Shown here in pieces: positions 40,756 through 50,634 of a stretch of 64,000 bases of DNA. Numbering within the stretch: position 1 is the stretch's first letter; the number at the start of each line of letters is the position of its first letter. Location: positions 4,096,001-4,160,000 of the forward strand of contig OZ241863.1 in NCBI GenBank assembly GCA_965203055.1, read 5' to 3'. The notes beneath the pieces were generated by a model. That model saw only the letters and a program-made list of their open reading frames with translations. It ran no database searches and was not told where the DNA came from. The position numbers and the translations under genes were made by a program. This DNA comes from Spirochaetia bacterium (lineage in GTDB: Bacteria; Spirochaetota; Spirochaetia; SZUA-6; Bin103).

Positions 40756-42516
40756 CTAACGCGGCTTCCGGCGCGGTCCGCGGCCCGCCGCCGCGCCGCC
40801 GCGGTCCGGCCCGGCCCGGCGCCGGCGGTCGTTGATGTAGAGTTGCTGGGCGATGGACAGCACGTTCTGCATGGTCCAATAGATCACCAGCCCCGACGGC
40901 ATGCTGTACAGGATGAAGAAGAAGAAGATCGGCATCGCGTACATCATCATCTTCATCTGCGTCTGCGTGGCGCCCGGGTTCTGCGATATGCGCGACTGCA
41001 GCAGCGTCGTTCCGAGCATCACGAACGGCAGAATCCGCAACTCGTCCCAGTTCAGCAGCGGAATGGTGAACCCGAACGGCAGAAAGCTCTCCGGCGCCGA
41101 CAGATCGCCGATCCACGGCGCGATGAACGGCGCCCCGCGCAGATCGAAGGCGTTGTTGAGCAACTCGAACAGCGCAAAGAAGATCGGCATCTGCAACAGG
41201 AGCGGCAGGCAGCCGCCCACCGGGTTGACCCCCTCCTTGCGGTACAGCGCCATCATCTCCTGATTCAGCTTCTCCGGCTTGCCCTGGTACTTCTTCTTGA
41301 TCTCCTCAATCTTGGGACTCAGCATCGACATCTTGCTGGTCGACTCGAAGCTCTTCTGGGTCAACGGGAAGAACAGAATCTTGATGAGCACGGTAAGCAG
41401 GATGATGGCCACCCCGTAATTGGGAATGAGCCGATAGAAGAAGTCGAGGAAGAAGCGCAGGATGTTGGCCAACCAGCCAATGATCGGATTGGTGCGGGCC
41501 GCTTCCTGGAACTGGTAGTTGCCAATGCCGAACGGATCGTTGGCCGGGTCGTTGTAGCGGTTCAGGATCTCGCGCTTCAGAGGACCGGCGTAGAAGCGGA
41601 ACGTATCGACGTTCTTGGAGCTGGAGATGATCGGCCGGCTGAAGTAGAGCGCCGACCGCTGGCTCAGCTCCGGGTCCTTGCGTTCGTCGTAGGTGATGGT
41701 GTACAGCGTGGCGTCGGGCACCGCAATCACGGCAAAGTACTTTCCGGCTATGGCGCTCCACGTGACCCGCTTGGTTTCCGCCAGCACCGGCTCCCGGCGC
41801 ATGCGCTGGTTGCGCGCCCGGCCGTCCGCATAGTTGCGAAAGTTGCGGAACTCGTTGCGGCCATCGAGAGATTCGTACGGCGGACCGATCTGCGGCCCGA
41901 TGCCCAGCGTGTAGGCGCTGCCGTAGAAGTCGAGGCCGGGAAGCTCGTTGGCGCTGTTCTCGATCTGAATCTCCAGTTCGAACAGGTACGAGTTGGGCGG
42001 AAAGGTGTAGGTCTTGGTGAGCGTGAACGGCACTCCGTCAGGCGCCAGCAGGCGGCGCGAGAAGCGCCACGTATAGCCGTCCACTTCCTGGTAGTCGAAC
42101 ACCGCGTCCACCGGCGCGGTGCGGAAGCTCCCGAACGCGACGGTAAAGAAGTGATCCAGTTCAGGGCGCAGCACCAGCTCCACGTCGGTGCCGTCAACGT
42201 CGTGATGCTGCTTGAGTCGAATGGAGGTCAGATCGCCGCCGGCCGTGGAGAACAGCAGCGAAAACAGATCGGTTTCCTTGGCGATGAGGCGGGCGCCGAC
42301 CGGCGAGTCGGCGCCGTCCGCGGTCACGTCGCTGGCTACGGGCGCGAACACGTCGCCGGCGGCCGGCGCCGCAGTCGGCTCCGCGGCAGCGCCGGCCGGC
42401 GTCCGACCGGCAGCCGGGGCGACCTCCGGCGTGGGAAACAGAACGGTTTGAACGAGGAGACTACCGACGATCACGACCACCGAGAGGCCGACCGCGATCA
42501 GCGTCCTGCGATCCAT
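40756..42516 (-). CDS. yidC: Membrane protein insertase YidC
   Basis: NYGVAIILLT, GVNPVGGCLPLLLQMPIFFAL, WIGDLSAP, PSGLVIYW. Confidence 0.95.
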   Translation of the reverse strand: MDRRTLIAVGLSVVVIVGSLLVQTVLFPTPEVAPAAGRTPAGAAAEPTAAPAAGDVFAPVASDVTADGADSPVGARLIAKETDLFSLLFSTAGGDLTSIRLKQHHDVDGTDVELVLRPELDHFFTVAFGSFRTAPVDAVFDYQEVDGYTWRFSRRLLAPDGVPFTLTKTYTFPPNSYLFELEIQIENSANELPGLDFYGSAYTLGIGPQIGPPYESLDGRNEFRNFRNYADGRARNQRMRREPVLAETKRVTWSAIAGKYFAVIAVPDATLYTITYDERKDPELSQRSALYFSRPIISSSKNVDTFRFYAGPLKREILNRYNDPANDPFGIGNYQFQEAARTNPIIGWLANILRFFLDFFYRLIPNYGVAIILLTVLIKILFFPLTQKSFESTSKMSMLSPKIEEIKKKYQGKPEKLNQEMMALYRKEGVNPVGGCLPLLLQMPIFFALFELLNNAFDLRGAPFIAPWIGDLSAPESFLPFGFTIPLLNWDELRILPFVMLGTTLLQSRISQNPGATQTQMKMMMYAMPIFFFFILYSMPSGLVIYWTMQNVLSIAQQLYINDRRRRAGPDRGGAAAGRGPRRKPR

Positions 42517-42519
42517 GGC

Positions 42520-42813
42520 CTAGTTCCTGCGCTGCGGCGTGGGCACCGGGTCGCAGCCGCCGCGGCCCCATGGATGGCAGCGCAGGATGCGCCGCAGCAC
42601 GAGCCACGATCCCCGCTTCACGCCGTGGCTGCGAATCGCTTGCCGGGCGTATTGCGAACAGGTCGGATGGTAGCGGCAGCTCGCCGGCAGCAGGGGTGAA
42701 ATGAATTGCTGGTAGAGCACCACCGCCGCGGCCAGCAGCCGGCCGGCCAGACCGGCGCGCGCGGCGCGCGCCGGAGTCGGCGCGGCATCAGCCACGGCGC
42801 AACAGCCGGGCAT
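42520..42813 (-). CDS. yidD: Membrane protein insertion efficiency factor YidD
   Basis: [22 protein letters not shown]...DPVP; start uncertain. Confidence 0.9.
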   Translation of the reverse strand: MPGCCAVADAAPTPARAARAGLAGRLLAAAVVLYQQFISPLLPASCRYHPTCSQYARQAIRSHGVKRGSWLVLRRILRCHPWGRGGCDPVPTPQRRN

Positions 42814-43141
42814 CGCCCAACAGCTTGACGAGCACTCCTCCCGCGGCGTGGAATCCCAGCTCCCGGCGGCGCGGCCGCACGTGCAGCAACAGGTCGTAGC
42901 CCGGCGCCACCCGATGCTTGAGCAGGCGGTACGCTTCGCGGATCAGGCGTCGTTGGCGGTTGCGGGCCGGCGCGCTGGCGAACCCGCGCGCGGCGCATAC
43001 CACCACTCGGCTGCTGCCGGCGCCGCCGGACCGGTAGTAGACTCGCAGACCCGCCCGCCGCGGCGTCGCCGGCGCGCGGTACAGCGCCCTTACTTGGCGG
43101 CGATCGGTAACCCGCTCCCGTCTAGTAAGGCTTCTTCTCAT
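42788..43141 (-). CDS. rnpA: Ribonuclease P protein component
   Basis: RNR motif ([14 protein letters not shown]); between rpmH and yidD. Confidence 0.85.
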   Translation of the reverse strand: MRRSLTRRERVTDRRQVRALYRAPATPRRAGLRVYYRSGGAGSSRVVVCAARGFASAPARNRQRRLIREAYRLLKHRVAPGYDLLLHVRPRRRELGFHAAGGVLVKLLGDARLLRRG

Positions 43142-43277
43142 CCGATACCGAGAGCTTGGTGCGTCCCTTGCGCCGGCGGCGCTTGAGAATGAGGCGCCCG
43201 TTGCGGGTACGCATGCGCTCACGGAACCCAAAGCGCCGCCGCCGCCGCGTGCGGCTTGGTTGGTAGGTACGTTTCAT
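43122..43277 (-). CDS. rpmH: 50S ribosomal protein L34
   Basis: Not in the ORF track; manual translation gives [51 protein letters not shown]. Confidence 0.95.
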   Translation of the reverse strand: MKRTYQPSRTRRRRRFGFRERMRTRNGRLILKRRRRKGRTKLSVSDEKKPY

Positions 43278-43350
43278 GAAGTCCTTAGATGAATCCGGCT
43301 GGCGCCGGGCGGTTCAGTCCGGCGAGTATACGGCACTCGGCCCGTTCCTG

Positions 43351-43665
43351 TCAACGCAGAGGCGGGTTTGGCGGATCATTTCGCGCTCCCACGACCACGT
43401 GCAGCCGGGTCACGGCCAGCTCCGGGAACCGCCGCCGCACCCGCCGCACGATCTCCCGCTGCCGCATGCGCACGAGCTGCAGCCGCGCCGGGTGGTCAAC
43501 CTCCAGTTCCAGCCGTCCGTGACGGATGTCGCGCAACCGCGCGCTGCCGGCCAGCTCCGGTCCGAGCAGTTCATCCCACAGGCGGTAGATCATTGCCTGC
43601 GGCGCCTGCGGATCGAACCCCGCCCGCGCCAGCACCTCCGTCAGCAGGTCCGAGGCTCGATACAT
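43351..43665 (-). CDS. dciA: DciA / DUF721 family protein
   Basis: WDELLGPELAG...LELEVDHPA; directly after recF. Confidence 0.75.
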   Translation of the reverse strand: MYRASDLLTEVLARAGFDPQAPQAMIYRLWDELLGPELAGSARLRDIRHGRLELEVDHPARLQLVRMRQREIVRRVRRRFPELAVTRLHVVVGARNDPPNPPLR

Positions 43666-44735
43666 GGTTCGAAAGTGCCCTCCGCCACTGCCAGCCGCAG
43701 GGTCTGGCCGTTCCCGTAGCGGTGGTGCGGTTCATCCGGCAGAAACGTAAAGAACGCCTGATCGTACGCCGGAAGCTGCCCCAGGAAGCGCTCGCGCTTG
43801 CCGGCGTCGAGCTCCAGCAACACGTCGTCGAGCAACAGGATCGGCCGCCGTCCGGTGGTGCGCTGAAAGAACTCCGCCTGCGCCACGCGCAGCACCAGCG
43901 ACGCCAGCCGCTTCTGGCCGGTCGACCCCTGGGCGGCGAAGCGGGCGCGGCCGATGGTGAACAGCACGTCGTCGCGATGCGGCCCGCTGGTGGTGGTGCG
44001 CAGTTGCAGATCCCGCTCCCGCTGGCGCCGCAACAGCTCCTGCGCCTCCTCCGCCGCGGCGCCGCGCCAGGAGGGGCGATATTCCATCCGCGCCGCCTCG
44101 ATACCGCCAATTGCGCCGCAAAGATCGGAGAACACGCCGCTGAACCGGCCGCACAGCTCCGCGCGGCGCCGCCGTATCTCCACCCCCGCCGCGGCCAGCG
44201 CCGGGTCGTACACCTCGACGTGGGAGCCGTCCCCGGAGCGCAGCAGCGCGTTGCGGCCGCGCAGCGCCCGCCGATAGCGGCGCAACACGTCGATGAACGC
44301 CGGGTCGAACAGCGCCAGGGTGTGATCGACCAGATTGCGGCGCCGCTCGGGATCACCGTCGATGAAGCGCAGATCTTCGTGGGTGAACGCGATGGCCGGA
44401 GCAAACTCGATCAGCCGGGCGCGGTCGCGGATGCGCTTGCCGTCGATGGCGATGCGCTTGCCGTCGCTGCCTCCCAGCGCAATCCCGACTCCGCGTTCCT
44501 CGCCGCCGGCGCTCAGCCGCCCCCAGAGGGTCGCGGCGGCGGCGCCGTTGGCGATCAGGTCACGGTCGTTGCGCGCGCGGAACGAGGCGCCGTAGCACAG
44601 CAGGTACACTGCCTCCAGGAAGTTGGTCTTTCCCTGGCCGTTGTCGCCCACCAGGAATACGTCCCTGCCTTCGAGGTCCAGCCGCAGCGCCGGGATGTTG
44701 CGGAAATCGGCCAGCCGCAGCGCCAGCAGACCCAA
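43641..44735 (-). CDS. recF: DNA replication/repair protein RecF
   Basis: FRN, GDNGQGKTNFLEA, GPHRDD, STGQKR, LLLDDVLLELD. Confidence 0.95.
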   Translation of the reverse strand: MGLLALRLADFRNIPALRLDLEGRDVFLVGDNGQGKTNFLEAVYLLCYGASFRARNDRDLIANGAAAATLWGRLSAGGEERGVGIALGGSDGKRIAIDGKRIRDRARLIEFAPAIAFTHEDLRFIDGDPERRRNLVDHTLALFDPAFIDVLRRYRRALRGRNALLRSGDGSHVEVYDPALAAAGVEIRRRRAELCGRFSGVFSDLCGAIGGIEAARMEYRPSWRGAAAEEAQELLRRQRERDLQLRTTTSGPHRDDVLFTIGRARFAAQGSTGQKRLASLVLRVAQAEFFQRTTGRRPILLLDDVLLELDAGKRERFLGQLPAYDQAFFTFLPDEPHHRYGNGQTLRLAVAEGTFEPCIEPRTC

Positions 44736-44745
44736 CGGTACGCGG

Positions 44746-45852
44746 TCAGCTCGCCTGCATCGGCATCACGATGTGAAAATAATCTCCCTCCGGCTCCGGC
44801 TTCAGGGACAGCGCCTTGCCGGTATCGGTGAACTCCAGCAGTACCTGGTCGGTGCTCATCTCGCGCAACGGGTCCAGCAAATACTCGTAGTTGAACGCCA
44901 GCACCAGCTCGGGGCCCTGGTACTGGCAGCCGATCTCCTCGCGGGCGGCGCCGATCTCCCCTTCGCTGGAGCGGATCACCAGGTTGTCGGGATGACTCTC
45001 CAGATAGATGCGCCGCGACTTCTGCTCGACCAGCAGCGACACCCGCCGCAAGCCCTCTTCGAAGGCAGCGCGATCGATCACCAGCCGATACTCCTGCCGC
45101 TCCGGGATCACCCGCTGGTAGTTGGGAAACTGGGCATCGATCAGATTGGACGCCAACTGCTGCGAGTCATACCGCACGTGGAACTCGCGCTCGCTTACCG
45201 AGACCATGAACTCGCCCTCGCGCGGCGCCTGACGGCGCACGATGTTCAACACCTTGGGCGGGATGATCACCCCCTTGAAATCCGCAACGCTGCTGTCCAT
45301 TGCCTTCGCCGCGTACGCCAGGCGGCGCCCGTCGGTCGCCACCATGGTGATCCGCTCACTCTGCTTCTCCAGATAGACGCCATTCATGAAATAGCGCGTT
45401 TCGTCATCCGATACCGCAAACAGGGTATGAGAGATCATTTCGATCAGATCTTTCTTGGGCACCGGAAAGGCGCCTTCCTCGTCAGCTCCCTGGAACGGCG
45501 GGTACTTGTCCGCGGAGATGCCTTTGAGCTGGAAGCGGATGTTCTTGAACACCGGACTGATCCGCAACACCATGTCATCACTCTGCTCGAACTCGATCTC
45601 GCTGTCGGGCAATGAGCGCAGGATGCCGTGCAGCTTGTCGCAGAACACCGTGATGCTGCCGGGCTTGGAAACCTCGACCGGCACGTGCGATTCATAGTTC
45701 ACCTTGAGATCGGTCGCCCGTATCGTCAAGGTCTGATCCGCCGCCATAAGCAGCACGTTGGACAGTATCGACAATGAGTTGCGCGCCGAGATTATCTCGT
45801 AGGCGTTCGCGATTTCACGCAGGATCGATTCACGCTCACAAACGAACTTCAT
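44746..45852 (-). CDS. dnaN: DNA polymerase III beta sliding clamp
   Basis: ATDL, ETRYFMNG, ATDGRRL, FPNYQRVIP, VMPM. Confidence 0.95.
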   Translation of the reverse strand: MKFVCERESILREIANAYEIISARNSLSILSNVLLMAADQTLTIRATDLKVNYESHVPVEVSKPGSITVFCDKLHGILRSLPDSEIEFEQSDDMVLRISPVFKNIRFQLKGISADKYPPFQGADEEGAFPVPKKDLIEMISHTLFAVSDDETRYFMNGVYLEKQSERITMVATDGRRLAYAAKAMDSSVADFKGVIIPPKVLNIVRRQAPREGEFMVSVSEREFHVRYDSQQLASNLIDAQFPNYQRVIPERQEYRLVIDRAAFEEGLRRVSLLVEQKSRRIYLESHPDNLVIRSSEGEIGAAREEIGCQYQGPELVLAFNYEYLLDPLREMSTDQVLLEFTDTGKALSLKPEPEGDYFHIVMPMQAS

Positions 45853-46077
45853 GTTGCCAACCTCCTCATTGATATTTCCGGTAGCAATGGCAGTTACTCC
45901 GGTGGATTTGTGCAAAACCAATGTAATTATACGTCATGATGATAGTTATATTTCCCCAGACAAAGCCGGCGCGGCGCTCCGTTATGCACATTGCGGCGCG
46001 CCGCGGCGCCGGATGCCCGGCCGGTCGCCGGTTACCCACGGGCTGCCCACACGTTATACCGGCGCGCCTCCCGGCGG
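45853..46077. other. Probable oriC (unwinding) region between dnaA and dnaN
   Basis: AT-rich 45911-45953; DnaA-box-like TTATGCACA 45982-45990, TTACCCACG 46032-46040, CTGCCCACA 46043-46051, reverse TTTTGCACA 45909-45917. Confidence 0.7.
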
Positions 46078-47457
46078 TCAGGCCACACTTCTGTCTCTGA
46101 TGGAATTGGTGATCTTCTGCAGCGTGTTTTCCAGAGTGGCGTCGCTCTTCAGCCGCGCAGTGACGCGCTGGCAGGCATGCATTACGGTAGTGTGATCGCG
46201 CCCGCCAAACTCGATCCCTACTTCGGTAGTGGAGAAATTGGTAAGGCTGCGGGCCAGATACATCGCTACCTGACGCGGGAAGGCGATTGCCTGGGTGCGC
46301 TTCTTGCCTTTCAGATCAGCCGTGGTGAGCGAATAATAGTCGGACACTTCCCGCTGGATGGAGTCGATGGTAATGCTGAGGTGTTCGGGCTTGGAAAAGA
46401 AGTCCTGCAGCTCGCGCTGGGCGATTTCGAGGGTGATGGTGCGGCCCATCAACTCGCGGTAGGCGGCAAGTTTGGTCAGCGCCTTCTCCAGGTCGCGCAC
46501 GTTGGTAACGATGTTGCGGCAGATCAGATCGATGATGACGTCGTCGAGCAGGAACCCGCGTTCCTCGATCTTGCGTTTGACGATGGCGCTGCGCGTCTCG
46601 TAGTTGGGCGGGTGCAGGTCGGTGTTCAGACCCCGCTCGAACCGGTTGATCAGCCGGTCGGGAACGCCCATCAGTTCCGATACCGGACGGTCGCTGCTGA
46701 ATACCATCTGCTTGTTGGCATCGTAGAGGGCATTGAACGTGTGGAACAGTTCCTGCTGCGTCTCCACCTTTCCCTGCAGGAACTGGATGTCGTCGATCAA
46801 CAGCACGTCGGCCGAACGATACCGGTTCTTGAAGCGGTGGCCGGTCTTCTCCTTGATCGACTGGATGAACTCGTTGGTGAAGGTCTCCACGGTTACGTAC
46901 ACGACCTTGAGGTCGGGAAGTTCGAAGTACACGGCGTTGCCGATCGCCTGCAGCAGATGGGTCTTGCCGAGGCCCACCCCGCCGTAGACCAGACACGGGT
47001 TGTAGGCGCGGCCGGGGTTCTTGGCGATTGCCAGCGCGGCGTTGAGCGCGAGCGAATTGCTGTCGCCCTCCACCATCCGGCTGAAGGTGTACAGCGGGTT
47101 GAGTTGGCTATGGGGGGCGGAGGCCGCCGGGTTCAGCGGCCGCGGCGCGGCCCCGGGCGGCTGCGAGGCGGGCTGCGCCGCCGCCGGCGCCGCGGGAGGC
47201 GCGCCGTTGGCCACTACGTAGGACAGCTTCAGGGTTTGCGCCGCCAGCTCGGACAGCTCCCGTTCGATGGTCGATTGGAACCGCTGCGCAACCTGGTCGC
47301 GATGGAAGGCGGAGGGCACCATAAGAGTGACCACCCCGCCGCCGGAGGCGCTGTACTCCATGCTGCGCAGCCAGGTTTGATACTCCTGGTCGGAAACGGT
47401 ACCGCGAATGCGATCCAGCGCCTGGTTCCAGACACCCTCGTAATCGGTGGGAGGCAT
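46078..47457 (-). CDS. dnaA: Chromosomal replication initiator DnaA
   Basis: YNP...GGVGLGKTHLL, LLIDDIQF, PRQVAMYL, GGRDHTTVMHA. Confidence 0.97.
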   Translation of the reverse strand: MPPTDYEGVWNQALDRIRGTVSDQEYQTWLRSMEYSASGGGVVTLMVPSAFHRDQVAQRFQSTIERELSELAAQTLKLSYVVANGAPPAAPAAAQPASQPPGAAPRPLNPAASAPHSQLNPLYTFSRMVEGDSNSLALNAALAIAKNPGRAYNPCLVYGGVGLGKTHLLQAIGNAVYFELPDLKVVYVTVETFTNEFIQSIKEKTGHRFKNRYRSADVLLIDDIQFLQGKVETQQELFHTFNALYDANKQMVFSSDRPVSELMGVPDRLINRFERGLNTDLHPPNYETRSAIVKRKIEERGFLLDDVIIDLICRNIVTNVRDLEKALTKLAAYRELMGRTITLEIAQRELQDFFSKPEHLSITIDSIQREVSDYYSLTTADLKGKKRTQAIAFPRQVAMYLARSLTNFSTTEVGIEFGGRDHTTVMHACQRVTARLKSDATLENTLQKITNSIRDRSVA

Positions 47458-47528
47458 TTAGACGTTCCTCTTGCGGGAAGAACCGATTACCGCTGCCAGA
47501 GGCTGCAAACAACCTGCTCGACAGCAAT

Positions 47529-47775
47529 CTATAAACAAGTTATCCACAACTCGGCGGGCGCGCGGTTGCCCGGTCTTTGGCCTGGTGGTGCAGTTCCTTG
47601 GCCAATCAGCATTTACGAGGAAATCCGGCGGTCTGTCCGTAGGTCTATATGTCATAACCATTTATTTCTTTAGTCGAAGGCTCGCGATGAATCGAGGCAG
47701 GTAGTTGCCGGTACGCTGTCGATCAGGTGCTTGACGGTGTCGTCGAAGCGGAAAACTATCCACAAGTTGTTCACA
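47529..47775. promoter_or_regulatory. DnaA boxes upstream of dnaA
   Basis: Perfect TTATCCACA 47540-47548; CTATAAACA 47529-47537; CTATCCACA 47756-47764; TTGTTCACA 47767-47775. Confidence 0.8.
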
Positions 47776-47855
47776 ACAGGATTGCTGATTCAGCATAGCA
47801 CCGCCGCGGGATAGCGGCAAGTCGCTCGAAAGAGTACCTTACGGGCCACTGAACG

Positions 47856-49034
47856 ATGCTGACGACGGTCAACCTGGAAGAGCGGACGGTAGTGCTGGTG
47901 GGTACCGCGCACGTCTCGGAACAGAGTGTTCGGGAGGTGCGCGAGGCGATTGCCGCGCAGCGGCCGGATTGCGTCTGCGTCGAGCTGGACGCCGGGCGCC
48001 ACGCCGCCATCAGTCAGCCGCGCTCCTGGATGGAGCTCGACATCCGCCGCGTGCTGCAGCAACGGAAGGGGTTCCTGCTGCTTACCAACATCGTGCTGCA
48101 TTCGCTGCAGCGCCGGCTCGGCCTCGACCTCGGGGTGCAGCCCGGAGCGGAGATGGCCGCCGCGGTCGCTGCCGCCGAGGCCGCGGGGATACCGTTCGCG
48201 CTCTGCGACCGCGAGATCCAGGTGACCCTGCGCCGGGCCTGGCGGCAGTCGGGATGGTGGGGCCGACTGAAGCTGCTCGCGGCGCTGCTCAGCGGAGCGT
48301 TCTCGAACGAGGAGCTGGAGCCGGCCCAGGTCGAGGCGCTGAAGGAGCGCGGGGCACTGCAGAACATGCTGGAGGAACTGGCCGGGTACCTCCCGCAGGT
48401 CAAGGAAGTGCTGATCGACGAGCGGGACCGCTACCTGGCAGCTCGTATCTTCGCGGCCGGCGGCGCGCGCACCGTGGCGGTGGTGGGCGCCGGCCACGTC
48501 GCCGGGATCGAGCGCTGGCTCACTGCCTATGCCCGGCAGCCGCCGGACGAGAAGGAACTGGCGCTTCTGGACCAGGTGCCGCCGCGCGGACGGCTGGGGC
48601 GCCTGTTGCCGTGGAGCATTCCGGCGCTGTTCGCGGCGCTGGTGGGCTATGGGTTCCTGCGCGCCGGCGCCGAGGTGACCATCGAGAAGCTCACCCAATG
48701 GGTGCTGGTGAACGGCACCTTCGCCGCGGCCGGCGCGCTGGCCGCGCTGGCCCATCCGGTGACCGTGCTCTCCTCGTTCGTGGCCGCCCCGGTCACCTCG
48801 GTGAACCCCACGATCGGCGTTGGAATCGTGGCCGGGGTGGTGCAGGCCTGGCTGCGCAAGCCGCGGGTAGCGGACTTCGAGAACCTGTCTCAGGACGTGA
48901 CCAGCCTGCGCGGCATCCTGCGCAACCGCGTTACCCACGTGCTGGTGGTGTTCCTTCTGTCCAGCGTCGGCAGCGCCATCGGCACGTTCGTCGGGCTCTC
49001 CTTTCTCACCAGCCTGCTGCGCGGCGGCGGCTGA
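47856..49034 (+). CDS. TraB/GumN (TraB/PrgY) family membrane protein
   Basis: LVGTAHVS, VCVELDAGR, PGAEM, LIDERD, VVGAGH, C-terminal TM helices. Confidence 0.9.
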   Translation: MLTTVNLEERTVVLVGTAHVSEQSVREVREAIAAQRPDCVCVELDAGRHAAISQPRSWMELDIRRVLQQRKGFLLLTNIVLHSLQRRLGLDLGVQPGAEMAAAVAAAEAAGIPFALCDREIQVTLRRAWRQSGWWGRLKLLAALLSGAFSNEELEPAQVEALKERGALQNMLEELAGYLPQVKEVLIDERDRYLAARIFAAGGARTVAVVGAGHVAGIERWLTAYARQPPDEKELALLDQVPPRGRLGRLLPWSIPALFAALVGYGFLRAGAEVTIEKLTQWVLVNGTFAAAGALAALAHPVTVLSSFVAAPVTSVNPTIGVGIVAGVVQAWLRKPRVADFENLSQDVTSLRGILRNRVTHVLVVFLLSSVGSAIGTFVGLSFLTSLLRGGG

Positions 49035-49050
49035 CGCCGGCATCGCCTGC

Positions 49051-49635
49051 TCAGGAGGAGGTTTCGAGCGCCGCGCGGGCGCGGCGCAACGCCCGGCCGC
49101 GATGTGAGATGAGGTCCTTTTCGCCCCCGCTCAGCTCCGCCATGGTGCGTCCCAGGCGCGGCAGCAGGAACACCGGATCGTAGCCGAATCCGTGCGCGCC
49201 GCGCGCCGCGGCGGCGATTTCGCCGCGTACCGCTTCCTGCACCAGCAGCAGGCGGTGCGGGTCGAGGATCAGCGCCAGGCAGCAGATGAACGCCGCCGAG
49301 CGGTCGGCGGCGGACGTCAGGAGCGACAGCAGGTAGGCGCAGCGTCCGGCATCGTCCAACTGCGCGCCCGGCGGAGCGAAGCGCGCCGAGCGTACGCCCG
49401 GCGCGCCGGCGAGCGCGTCCACCGCCAATCCGGAGTCGTCGGCGAGGGTGGGCACGCCGAGCAACCGGTACAGGTGCCGCGCCTTGCCGAGCGCGTTCTG
49501 GTCGTAGCTCGAGCCGGTCTCCTCGTAGGCGAAGCGCACCCCGAACTCCGCCGGGGTGCGCACCGTGATGCCCTGCAGGATGCGCCGCACCTCGGCCACC
49601 TTATGCGGATTGCCGCTCGCCAGCACCAGCTCCAT
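49051..49635 (-). CDS. rdgB: Non-canonical purine NTP pyrophosphatase (RdgB/Ham1)
   Basis: ASGNPHK, ADDSGL, GFGYDPVF, SHRGRA. Confidence 0.92.
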   Translation of the reverse strand: MELVLASGNPHKVAEVRRILQGITVRTPAEFGVRFAYEETGSSYDQNALGKARHLYRLLGVPTLADDSGLAVDALAGAPGVRSARFAPPGAQLDDAGRCAYLLSLLTSAADRSAAFICCLALILDPHRLLLVQEAVRGEIAAAARGAHGFGYDPVFLLPRLGRTMAELSGGEKDLISHRGRALRRARAALETSS

Positions 49636-50545
49636 CGGCCCAAGCGTAGTCCGCCGTCCGCTGCCGCCGCAACCAGTACAGCCCGGTATCGACGGTGCCC
49701 TTGGGGATCCCGAGCACCGCGGCGATCGCCCGATTGGTGGGCGCCACCCGTACCCGGGTCAGCTCCGACTGCGCAGCTTCGACCGAGCGCCGATAGCGCG
49801 CCGCGCGCGCGGCCGCCTGCGCGCGGAACTTGCCATCGGTCTCGCGGTGGGCGGCGCCCGACCAGAGCTGAAGCCGGGCAAAGGCGTGGTTGCGGCGCGA
49901 CCGCTGCAGTTCCAGGCGCTGATAGGCGCCGGCCCGGCCGCGCCGCAGGTGTTCGATCAGGGACCGGAGGCGCGGCAACTCGCAACCGGTCGCTTGCGCC
50001 GCCGCCGCCAACTGCCGCTGGTCCAGGCGGTGGCCGGTCTTCAATACGCCGTACAGGATGCGCCGGCGGGCGACCGCAGCCCTCTTGGCCCCCTTGGGGG
50101 CGGCCGCGGGCCGCGCGGGAGGCGCCGGCGGGCTGGGGAACGGGGTCACGTTGGCCGGCGCCGCGCCGCGCACGTCCGTCGCGGGCGTCTCCGCGGCTGC
50201 GTCCGGATCGTCCCACAACGGGCTGCGCAACGTGGTTTGCCAGGCGTGCTCGGCTTGCCGGCGCTTGGCGAGAAAGCTGCGCAGTTGCCAACTCAGGACC
50301 GAGTTCAGGTAGCGCTCGAACGGCTTCCCGCAATCGCGGAAGCGGACCACGATCTGTTCCAGCTTGGCGTGGCAGAACAGATAGAACTCGCCGCCGGCGT
50401 CCTCGTCCAGACCCGGCATCTTGCGCCGCGGATAACGATAGGCGTAGGTGCCCAATTCCTCCATCAGTGCCCGCCGCCCCTCGCCGGTGCGCTGAAAGGC
50501 AAGCACTCGCTCGCTCCAACCAGGATGATATTCTTGCTGTTGCAT
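49601..50545 (-). CDS. Divergent sigma70-like protein (region 2-like N-terminus, region 4 HTH)
   Basis: GKPFERYLNSVL resembles region 2.3-2.4; TNRAIAAVLGIPKGTVDTGL resembles an ECF region 4.2 HTH; GGAGG RBS. Confidence 0.6.
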   Translation of the reverse strand: MQQQEYHPGWSERVLAFQRTGEGRRALMEELGTYAYRYPRRKMPGLDEDAGGEFYLFCHAKLEQIVVRFRDCGKPFERYLNSVLSWQLRSFLAKRRQAEHAWQTTLRSPLWDDPDAAAETPATDVRGAAPANVTPFPSPPAPPARPAAAPKGAKRAAVARRRILYGVLKTGHRLDQRQLAAAAQATGCELPRLRSLIEHLRRGRAGAYQRLELQRSRRNHAFARLQLWSGAAHRETDGKFRAQAAARAARYRRSVEAAQSELTRVRVAPTNRAIAAVLGIPKGTVDTGLYWLRRQRTADYAWADGAGAGERQSA

Positions 50546-50572
50546 CTACCAGGTACCTCCGCACACTGGTAA

Positions 50573-50587
50573 GCAAGCGGCGTGCCA
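50573..50587 (-). promoter_or_regulatory. sigma54 (RpoN) -24/-12 promoter
   Basis: Minus strand TGGCAC-GCCGC-TTGC, an exact consensus with correct spacing, 27 nt upstream of ATG 50545. Confidence 0.8.
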
Positions 50588-50634
50588 AGTAGCGGCGGCT
50601 GCGGGCCGCAGACGGAAGGCCCGTTTACAATGAT